A stretch of 64,000 nt of DNA from Giardia intestinalis (lineage: Eukaryota): the NCBI GenBank assembly GCA_000002435.2, contig CM018791.1. One strand, written 5' to 3'. This document shows, piece after piece, positions 41,901 to 48,066 of this stretch. The position numbers and the translations under genes are program-made. Position 1 is the first letter of the stretch. Each line of letters begins with the position of its first letter. The notes beneath the pieces are model-generated. The model had not been told where the DNA came from, searched no databases, and saw nothing but the letters and a program-made list of their open reading frames with translations.

Positions 41901-42840
41901 AATCTATATCTGGGCGAGTATTTAGTAATGAGGTGAGCATCTGCATGAGAAAAAATGTTACCCCGTTATTCTGGTATGCAGAGAGGAGGTCTATGAGCTC
42001 ATCAACAAGGCTCTGATAAAGGTCGTGTGTTGCGAGCAGAAATGAGGAAGTTGTCTCAATTATTGATTGCATGGAGTCATCTATTGATGCATATGCGGTG
42101 CTGAATATAGGATGATTGAACTTTAATCTCTTCTCTGTAAGATTCTTCTTGTAGAGATAAAAGCCCATGAGCGGTAGTGAGGTGGTCGACGGGAGGAAAT
42201 AGGTGAGAAAACAGACGTACCTAAAGATACTGTCTCTTCCCTTTACTGTTGCTATGTAATGGTCAATTTCTTCTCTGATGGAAGGCCACTCAGAGACATC
42301 ATAGTATCTGGCCAGAATAAAGAATGTGTCCTCACACGCTATGCCAAATCTCTGCTCAGTGTCGTAGTTATCTGTGAGAAGAATAGATGTCCCTATGAAG
42401 ACCTGCCGTATGAAGAGCTTCATGAGGGGGCGCCAATCTATAACGATGCGCGGGGGCGGGTCGCTCTGTAGCAGATTTGCGCCTATCTTAAGGTACCTAG
42501 CAACATCAACGTACGGCATACACTGACTTTCTGAGATGTCGATGGCCTTACGTAAGAAGATGTCTGCCAAGATCACCCTATCCTGCTCGCTGAAGCGGTG
42601 CCCCGTTGTTCTGAGGCAGAAGTACTTTTCCACATATTGTACCATCCCTTTATCGTCTCCCAAGTGTGCAGCTTGAACCACGCCATTGATCAGGGACGCA
42701 ACGGCCCCCTCGGATTCTTCACGTGCCCTATCCCTGGACTCCCATGGAAGAAAGCACCAACTGGTTAGCGACGCAGGGAGAGCATTTTGAAACATGCAAA
42801 GCGACTCACTCATTGCGGCTTTTTGGAAATTTTCCGACAT
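35965..42840 (-). CDS. Giant hypothetical protein, 2291 aa (helical-repeat scaffold; C-terminal Glu/Ala-rich segment)
   Basis: 6.9-kb uninterrupted ORF with a true ATG at 42838-42840 and a stop at 35965-35967. There is an internal (GCT/GTT)n trinucleotide tract around 36880-36940 encoding an Ala/Thr/Glu run. No catalytic motifs recognised. Confidence 0.85.
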   Translation of the reverse strand: MSENFQKAAMSESLCMFQNALPASLTSWCFLPWESRDRAREESEGAVASLINGVVQAAHLGDDKGMVQYVEKYFCLRTTGHRFSEQDRVILADIFLRKAIDISESQCMPYVDVARYLKIGANLLQSDPPPRIVIDWRPLMKLFIRQVFIGTSILLTDNYDTEQRFGIACEDTFFILARYYDVSEWPSIREEIDHYIATVKGRDSIFRYVCFLTYFLPSTTSLPLMGFYLYKKNLTEKRLKFNHPIFSTAYASIDDSMQSIIETTSSFLLATHDLYQSLVDELIDLLSAYQNNGVTFFLMQMLTSLLNTRPDIDFTTTRYIHVIFKVISVYSGFRYQVDSSALSDLIFFSEPKEGYRDELVIPEWVFTLVKSPMLMDRLVTMTSDLTFNMIYAGVRWNNFLAMTSNAENQVVTSENFIKDNISAGKNPFYNFFLHYFRSLPQSYEKLAVPTRQFIFIFAHTLSFHYTTQQCYIRMVQPIYQGLLPFLFTIDLGIFYPQVYIIRDILFNPANYQYANRAICISITETLFKVYPSVLLPRLAWLINTTVHQLEDRQACYKFAYYTTLHAMPAFIEKCFDGHAHDSGAKVPSALTHLIDDPWAHVCGPNTMDQLTPEFLVFVFSVYSRFLSVIDLKLCQISLLLFLHLFSTIPFTQELADAHPQLVDLVSLYLDKVFTLLAELNEISKMSPVSKEMDQQSADLSFKPPYVYDNSKISINPHILRLSFASLLANMSPTLLNRLIIPRILAFIKENELLSIKKKIQAVFSGVTMGLLSGMRPDGSSPVTSPKNSMLNTLYKIVLDNHFQGFSTLKWTLVLLQGLVRFDHCVHLHSRGSELRSFLLSLMDKPEVLLTRDDTVQLVQRSSGKCVDYPQTLYIHLLKVLRASCRALTLPYPMDWTIGQPFDRHFPLSLCTPEDKEARILYHRLKIYPQTQVIWSQPTLEGRSWVMTLMLPFTKLLDDKIKQKEDIQNVLWSYKLIFKVLALLSRSFYTPSKDPDTTSVRKKHLLHTPHIPQMIQYCESFGISPDAPLFSLRHEQMRKYKILPSDPRIYLYMGVDGPTESRESSLCNWMHTLTGARGVLEHQAAHQHQAGSFPLPLSSDYPEELTNALLEVLKDKLALRGPNSSSSINCLDNTDTIDLIDIYGYFLRKNEHKVLHATTSFALTEPPLKQAHVKIRPPAPEYFVQETFYEGFLQYLGKLFQSSLVEPRYAKLIARTIEIAVTNKAGYNLTKALIVARTISDKLCSSSLYALVPDFHCTYERNLRGMGLHLARHAFGETDSYNNSPNILRYYLQMAEYILLLSVSYDESVSKVAIYVLGRLMNVLDIEGDCYRFYSRLIEPCCKYLTKYEEVRADQLLPSSSSSDAADGTSNGDNGSEAAHFDESDISKMQEIIMEEVSERLELLAKEGVQITEDLMNKVLAEVMASSGLKASTADMIAQLTDDEKQTINPEEDTFEDTREEATTPSLPASGTHMTHLRAARTVRYFLHLSQSLTFYMKKSSRFDDFSRLFKHLYECKNETVHVDANEMANYMMYWEPTHPAMELSLGGLGLISILNQSDTHGKQGVLELYKVRLPSRVCPLMSADPLKTILPLSADDTALLSSRRKREAYAYVDLLSHAQKNMIASPDIHGDAWRSVYVSAKSHILAMTYGLPTAIEFVDRLLDCILAGNVMLMDPLLSDIVELTIFYKPYNNCGYKFPDTMLGFYEYRDEVVTFARTKYELHLASFSDLRSYLQQPDTQKKLADVVMKFTTLNCQEHLSHDDESEMSVTDLDAIFLTIWSNLCAIAGDQNSLAMFMLRYIERYLVETPAEKLQKCGGHILAEVVGAAIKSLKYMDNIEHRIEEASTLFVSILSQIIQKEDVQTGETWQVLITLLFDHNTKGLLDSIVTRYISYIKKAFAEASTSANVRASALLFLGFFMDAAYGVNRDLQEQIAKEVVTFVMENELYNALKVLREATTAVLGVSLNVLLKAKTNAAAAIATATAEKEEENSTSTLLQRYCSLFNRAVEAWSVDPAQDEKRHTNLISTIVQGTACASIYGKSIQLSQFILHNFLDSLVNLQTHKDSTEVRAEASAMILLIVSAELPMDLIQRLLFETLPGLMQKYAGRWRSIICIYELAARLLKIGSLNMLSSDEAGSLGASLEVLTRSVMKLYIIEYGITVQHDELVSATGEFFTVLMSGMSSAFQKQALADLIAAGKQRGEPSKRLVVVECISAFLKSWNEHIPVHVIDALIFLSKLGASKHEAVVQSVKRFFLWFWNLYYMKFDQISCVFTDQQIAALKCMRVNTEYII

Positions 42841-42957
42841 AGGCCAGGTTTTAATACTAAGGATTACTACGGATCGCGTTCTCTAATAAACATTACGTAA
42901 GTAACATGCGGGGTTTACTATTCTGGGCAAACCAGTACGAACCAGCCAGCTGATAAA

Positions 42958-43983
42958 ATGAACGCGGTCCTGGCTCCACCCCTACCGGTCCAGACCGTCC
43001 AGGCAGATCTAACATTTAACCAACAGAACATCCAGCATAGAGACACCTCCTTCAGTATCAGCTCTGTTCAGGATCCATCCGATGCTCAGCACTTACAACA
43101 CAGAATAGTTAATCTGGACGAGGTCAGTCTTAGCGAGTGGCTAAATGGAAGCATAGCCTCTCCGAGCCCTCCCATTGTACTATCGCCGAAGCTTCCTCAC
43201 TTTCTGCCGGCAGGTGTTGGTACATCGACCAATCTGAGCTCTCTGGGCTCGGTACTGCAGGAGCTCAAACTAATCAATGAGCGATTTTGTGAGGAGGAGC
43301 TTGTGAGCATGTCCATACAGTTACTGGATGCACTTGCGGCCTCTGAACTGTATGGGAGGACGATCGGCAAAGAGCTTGCAGGTGGCTTTATAACGCTGGA
43401 TACGGTTATGATGGACGAGGGCCGAAGCAACTACTACCTCACTAGTTGCAGGTACGGAGTCGACAAGACTACTCACACGCTAATCCACGGACGCAACGGG
43501 GCATTAGAATCGCTCTACATTCCGCCGTGGGGAATCCCCAGCCAAGCAGAGCTTAGACAGGGAATGACCACACGGGGCTCCTTCGGGCGTGTTCCCTCTT
43601 CTATCTCCTTTTGGAGCCTGGCAATTTTGCTTTGCGAGTGTATCCTGCTCAGATCACTCCCAGTACACAGGGTCCCCCAGCAAATAGGGGCATACCGAAA
43701 AACCAGCCCTACTGGTATTGCCAACCTTATCGTAAAGCTAGCAGAGTCGAATGGATGTAGCAAGGACTTTGCTGAGTTTATGCGCAGCCTAATGATGGCC
43801 ATGCCTAGCAACATTATAGAAGTAGGGCCATATCTGCAATACCCAATCATCCAAAAGTATATATCTCAATGGAAAAAGGATGGGACACACACAAACATTA
43901 TCAGGAGATACGAAAGTTGGTATGCAAATGAAGAACTGAATGAGAGCAGCGTGAGCGGTGATTCCAAATCTCCCAGAAGTTGA
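42958..43983 (+). CDS. Hypothetical protein with degenerate protein-kinase C-lobe-like motifs (possible pseudokinase), 341 aa
   Basis: True ATG at 42958. 'LIHGRNGALESLYI' is HRDLKPxN-like but degenerate. 'SFWSLAILLCECIL' resembles kinase subdomain IX 'DIWSLGCIL'. No Gly loop, VAIK or DFG was seen. Confidence 0.65.
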   Translation: MNAVLAPPLPVQTVQADLTFNQQNIQHRDTSFSISSVQDPSDAQHLQHRIVNLDEVSLSEWLNGSIASPSPPIVLSPKLPHFLPAGVGTSTNLSSLGSVLQELKLINERFCEEELVSMSIQLLDALAASELYGRTIGKELAGGFITLDTVMMDEGRSNYYLTSCRYGVDKTTHTLIHGRNGALESLYIPPWGIPSQAELRQGMTTRGSFGRVPSSISFWSLAILLCECILLRSLPVHRVPQQIGAYRKTSPTGIANLIVKLAESNGCSKDFAEFMRSLMMAMPSNIIEVGPYLQYPIIQKYISQWKKDGTHTNIIRRYESWYANEELNESSVSGDSKSPRS

Positions 43984-43989
43984 TACTGA

Positions 43990-44796
43990 CTATTTGTCAA
44001 TGGATTCACGAAGAAGAAAGTCCAGCGTAAAAGAGTTTCGACAAGTCGAGGGCCTCTCCGACACAGTTCCAACGGATGACCCTATAAGCGTAGAGTCTGT
44101 GCAGAGCGAAAAGTTTGTGGGATACGACCGGTTACTATCTAGCATTCTGAAGTCTCCACACTGTGAATAGTATACTTCGCGGTCCTTTGAGTAGGGTATT
44201 CCTTCCGGCACATAGTCTGCGCACACCATGAAGCACTCCATTGAAGACGCTCGGCTTGCGTCTGGCTTGGATATATCGACGGTCTTGAAAAATGACAGCG
44301 CATTCCTTCGCAACAGGGACTCCAGGCACTCTCCCCGAAACACTTTTGACACAAATGTTCCGCCGGGTGCAAGAATTTGCCGTGCAAGAGTCATTGCATG
44401 ATCCACAAGGCCAGCCTGCACATACTCATCCAGATCGTGGACACCAGTTACGTCCGGCGCCCCATCACAGACAACGAGCTGGCACATTTCGCCGTGACAA
44501 AGCTCTATTATCTTATCGGCCACCTCCTTTCGGGTGATGTCTCCTTGTATCTGAGTCACCCGGGGAAGAGGGGCCATTGGAGCCAAGTCGACCGAGATAA
44601 TAATGGCATCGGCGGGGAGCTTGTGTGACAAGACCTGCGACCAAGACCCCGGGGCAGCGCAAAGATCCACGGCACGCGTCACCCCACGAAAGAGGTCGTA
44701 CTGTTCATCCAGTTGTAAGAGCTTATAGGCGGACCGTGCACGCCAGCCCTCGTCCTTTGCAAGTCGGTAGTAGATATCGCGCTTATCCTTCGACAT
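43990..44796 (-). CDS. FtsJ/RrmJ-family RNA 2'-O-ribose methyltransferase, TRM7/FTSJ1-like (268 aa)
   Basis: '[18 protein letters not shown]' (the FtsJ motif RSRAAFKL), the SAM-binding '[13 protein letters not shown]' and '[23 protein letters not shown]' (K-D-K-E catalytic region), typical of Trm7. ATG at 44794-44796. Confidence 0.85.
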   Translation of the reverse strand: MSKDKRDIYYRLAKDEGWRARSAYKLLQLDEQYDLFRGVTRAVDLCAAPGSWSQVLSHKLPADAIIISVDLAPMAPLPRVTQIQGDITRKEVADKIIELCHGEMCQLVVCDGAPDVTGVHDLDEYVQAGLVDHAMTLARQILAPGGTFVSKVFRGECLESLLRRNALSFFKTVDISKPDASRASSMECFMVCADYVPEGIPYSKDREVYYSQCGDFRMLDSNRSYPTNFSLCTDSTLIGSSVGTVSERPSTCRNSFTLDFLLRESIDK

Positions 44797-44885
44797 TTCT
44801 TGTGCAGCCTTTGTGCCAAAAACTATTAAAATCTTTTGATAAAATCTCTTGACATCCTTTTCAATTAAATCGAAGGGTTAACAGA

Positions 44886-45452
44886 ATGTCGGGCCGAAAG
44901 GGGGATGAGGGCGTGATTTACGTGGGCCATCTGCCCCACTGCTTCATGGAGCGGCCGATGAGATGCTTTTTCAGCCAGTTTGGCAAAGTCTTGCAGGTCC
45001 GTGTCTCCCGCAACAAGGAGCAGAAGTCGCGCGGGTATGGATATGTGAAGTTCGCTAGCCGCGCGGTGGCAAAGATTGCAGCAGAGACGATGAACAATTA
45101 CCTTATGTTTAATAAGATACTGAAGGTTAGCTACTTGGAGACGTGGAATGACAATTTATTCTGGCATGGGTGTGAATATGAACGTCAACCCACTCCCCAC
45201 CGGGCCATATACAGGGAAGAGTACAATGCGCCTAAGAACGAGGAAAAGTGGGAGGCAGAGATGGAGACGGTAAAGAGTGCTCGGTTGCGAACACTAGGTA
45301 AGCTAAAGGACCTAGGGTACGAGTACGAGATGCCCCCTCTGTTTTACCATGCACCAATGGACGGTAACGAGGCAGAAAACGCAGAGAATGCAGAGGGCAA
45401 CGAGACAGAGAGTAAACAACCGTATCTGTGTCCCAGTGTTATCACTTACTGA
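44886..45452 (+). CDS. RRM-domain nucleolar protein, Nop15 / NIFK-like (188 aa)
   Basis: RNP-2-like 'VIYVGHLPHCF' and RNP-1-like 'RGYGYVKFA'. A C-terminal acidic tail is present. Confidence 0.8.
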   Translation: MSGRKGDEGVIYVGHLPHCFMERPMRCFFSQFGKVLQVRVSRNKEQKSRGYGYVKFASRAVAKIAAETMNNYLMFNKILKVSYLETWNDNLFWHGCEYERQPTPHRAIYREEYNAPKNEEKWEAEMETVKSARLRTLGKLKDLGYEYEMPPLFYHAPMDGNEAENAENAEGNETESKQPYLCPSVITY

Positions 45453-47107
45453 TCGTCGCTGTCCGTATCACCGACGTGCTTTTCTCTAACAGCATCCCGC
45501 GCATCAAAGGCCTTCTGCCTGATGCGGACGTTCCAGCCTAAGCACCGCACTAGCGCCCGAAACCAATCTGTGCTGCTATCCAGCTCATTGATAGTGGGGA
45601 AGCAATGCTCGGAGACCTGAATCCGAAGAAACTCGCCTCTCAGTAACTCTAGACGCATGCGATTGTCAAATGCAACGGCACAAGAACCGCGAGAGTCTCG
45701 TGGCTGCTTCAACTTCAGAACGCAGGATCCTGGTAAGCAAACCTGTCTTCCAGACATAACGTGTGGACAGATAAAGGTCAAGAGCATGCAGTTTAGGGTA
45801 GGGTGAACCGGGACACCTCCTGCACTCAGTGCATACGCCGTGGACCCACTCGGGGTGGACACCAATGCCCCGTCTCCTTGTATGGTTGTTACAAACCTAG
45901 AGTCCACGTAGGCGTCCAAAGTACAGATGGGGTCGGACACGTCTTTGGACTCTTGGCGCATAAGGGATATCTCGTTCAGGACTGTATAGGATCTCTTCTT
46001 CTGACTTGTCTGAGCATTGCGCATGGAATTTGAATGAGGAAGGGCCGGCACGTGTGAAGCCGGTTGCTGGGACGCGCTGCTGGGCGAAATAACAGCAGCA
46101 TAGAGACGCGTTCGCTCGGTGATAGAGAAAGGAGAGTCAAACAGGGAAGAGAGCTTCTTGTCGATATCCTTGGGCGAGAAGGGTGTCAGAAACCCCAGTG
46201 AACCACAGTTAAATGGCAGGATAGGTGGACAATAGCGCTGGAAAAGTGAGTTGATGTAAAGCAGGGTACCATCTCCGCCGATGGAAATCACAAGGTCTAT
46301 ACTAGACGTATTAATTTGGTCCGGGTCAAAGGCCGTAATACCAGTATAGCGCTGAGCAACAAGAGGGTCAACGTAAACCGCTATGGATTTGCGCGAAAAC
46401 CAAGCAAAGATGTGCTTCAGATGCCACTCAGACTCTATGTCATTGGGCTTTGTCACTAGAACGACCTTGCTCGGCGGAGACTCCCAGGTCCACAGGCCAT
46501 TAATATACTTGACGAGCTTTCCAATCCGCTTTGGGTGCTCTTGATATTTCGACAGATTCACGTTGGCCATCCGGCCAGTCAGTGCCTGATTCCCTAGCAT
46601 CTTGGTACCCAAAAGATTTGTTATGCTCGGAGGCATGTGTTGAGCAATGCTGTGCATTGAGCTCCTTGAAGAAATTGGTCTGGAGATGGTCCTGCTCACC
46701 TGGCTCATATTGCACTCAAAACTGAAGCTATCCGTACTCTCGCAGTTGGCTATTTCACTCGGTTCCTTTGAGTCGCTGTCACTAGAATCGGAAGTGAGGG
46801 ATTTGGACAGGTTCTGTTGACTATAAATGCTACATGCACTGAGCTGTCTATTGTGCTGGGATGCCTTTATGGGGACAAAGGTGGACGTTGTGGACATCTC
46901 ATCTGTGGCATCGCTTGTTGCCAGCTGCTGTTGTAAAAAGTCAAAGGGGGTGTCGGTAAAATCAGAAATAACAGGTTCAGCGACGACAGGTAAAGAAGAG
47001 CCAAGAGCCACCTCTTTCTGACGAATCAGTTCCAGAAGTTTCGGCAGAGGAAGCCTCTGTGCCTTCTCTAGATCGTCGCGGATAGCACTCAGCACAAGCT
47101 GGTCCAT
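45446..47107 (-). CDS. NAD+ kinase (ATP-NAD kinase), 553 aa with a long Ser-rich N-terminal extension
   Basis: 'ISIGGDGTLLY' (GGDG), 'NCGSLGFLT' (NxGxLGFL) and 'DGALVSTPSGSTAYALSAGGVPVHP' (DGxxxxTxxGSTAYSxSAGGP). True ATG at 47105-47107. The 3' end overlaps the RRM gene by 7 nt. Confidence 0.85.
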   Translation of the reverse strand: MDQLVLSAIRDDLEKAQRLPLPKLLELIRQKEVALGSSLPVVAEPVISDFTDTPFDFLQQQLATSDATDEMSTTSTFVPIKASQHNRQLSACSIYSQQNLSKSLTSDSSDSDSKEPSEIANCESTDSFSFECNMSQVSRTISRPISSRSSMHSIAQHMPPSITNLLGTKMLGNQALTGRMANVNLSKYQEHPKRIGKLVKYINGLWTWESPPSKVVLVTKPNDIESEWHLKHIFAWFSRKSIAVYVDPLVAQRYTGITAFDPDQINTSSIDLVISIGGDGTLLYINSLFQRYCPPILPFNCGSLGFLTPFSPKDIDKKLSSLFDSPFSITERTRLYAAVISPSSASQQPASHVPALPHSNSMRNAQTSQKKRSYTVLNEISLMRQESKDVSDPICTLDAYVDSRFVTTIQGDGALVSTPSGSTAYALSAGGVPVHPTLNCMLLTFICPHVMSGRQVCLPGSCVLKLKQPRDSRGSCAVAFDNRMRLELLRGEFLRIQVSEHCFPTINELDSSTDWFRALVRCLGWNVRIRQKAFDARDAVREKHVGDTDSDDQ

Positions 47108-47114
47108 TAATTTT
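47108..47114. promoter_or_regulatory. 7-bp spacer (taatttt) between head-to-head ATG codons of the NAD kinase and ankyrin genes
   Basis: The forward sequence reads ...caagctggtcCATtaattttATGtca... Both are true ATGs heading long ORFs. Confidence 0.4.
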
Positions 47115-47648
47115 ATGTCATTTGAAGACCTTCGTGAGCTAGAGAATCCTTGGTTCTCCTATGCATATGTCGGGCACACGAAGTTCATCCGGCAGTTCTC
47201 TAGCTTTTACAGTGGGCGATATCTGGAAAAGTCCTTCCTAGGGCTCGAGGATTACATAGGCTTTACCGCCATGCATTTGGCCTGCCTTTCGGGAAGACTG
47301 AACGTTGTTCAGCTTCTTGTTGATAAAGAGCTGCCATTATATACGCATAGAGACGTGACTATCGAGCTCCTACCAGTGACAGACGACTCTTCTCCACCGG
47401 TGAGAACAACACTCTACAAGGGTGCCTCCGCCCTTGCTATAGCTGTCGCGCGCGGGCACCATCATATCGTAAAGTTCCTTCTGAGCTACACAGCCACAGA
47501 CTTCAACGTACTGGAATTATTGACAAGGTCCTTTACGTCAAAGGATCCCGCAAACATTCTTAACGCTACTCTGAGCCAGAACAAGGCCATTCTGGGGCCC
47601 CTTCTGGCTATGAACGACGTCGATAGCGGCTTAGAGCCAAGCTCATAA
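47115..47648 (+). CDS. Small ankyrin-repeat protein (177 aa)
   Basis: 'GFTAMHLACLSGRLNVVQLLV' and 'GASALAIAVARGHHHIVKFLL' ankyrin units. Confidence 0.7.
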   Translation: MSFEDLRELENPWFSYAYVGHTKFIRQFSSFYSGRYLEKSFLGLEDYIGFTAMHLACLSGRLNVVQLLVDKELPLYTHRDVTIELLPVTDDSSPPVRTTLYKGASALAIAVARGHHHIVKFLLSYTATDFNVLELLTRSFTSKDPANILNATLSQNKAILGPLLAMNDVDSGLEPSS

Positions 47649-47672
47649 AACATTCTAAACCTCAGTAAATAA

Positions 47673-48035
47673 ATGACGTTCAAGAGAATCCAACCTCAAG
47701 AGCTCGACGCCTTAACTTCTACAAGTAATAGATTTGTTGTTATAGATGTTCGGGACGATGACTATGACACGGGTGGGCACTACAAGGGGAGTGTTAACAT
47801 CCCCGTTGGAGATATTCTGGACGGAAGAAAAGACGTCATGGAGATGCTAGACCGCTATGATCTGATTGTCTGCTATTGCATGCTTTCACAGCAGCGCGGT
47901 CCTGCGGCTGCTCGTAGTCTGTGCTCCGCCTTTCCTCAGAAGAAGATATATGTTGTTACCGGGGGCTTCACGGCCATGCTCGAGTACTACGGGCCGCTGG
48001 GCCGGATTGTCGGATGTCCCGTAGAGAGTAAATAG
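47673..48035 (+). CDS. Rhodanese-domain Cdc25/Acr2-like phosphatase (arsenate-reductase type), 120 aa
   Basis: Single rhodanese fold with the active-site loop 'CYCMLSQQRGP' = C-X5-R (compare Cdc25/Acr2 'CEFSSERGP'). ATG at 47673, 25 bp after the ankyrin gene stop. Confidence 0.75.
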   Translation: MTFKRIQPQELDALTSTSNRFVVIDVRDDDYDTGGHYKGSVNIPVGDILDGRKDVMEMLDRYDLIVCYCMLSQQRGPAAARSLCSAFPQKKIYVVTGGFTAMLEYYGPLGRIVGCPVESK

Positions 48036-48066
48036 ATAACTGCGGGCTCTGCTGTGTCATTTACGT

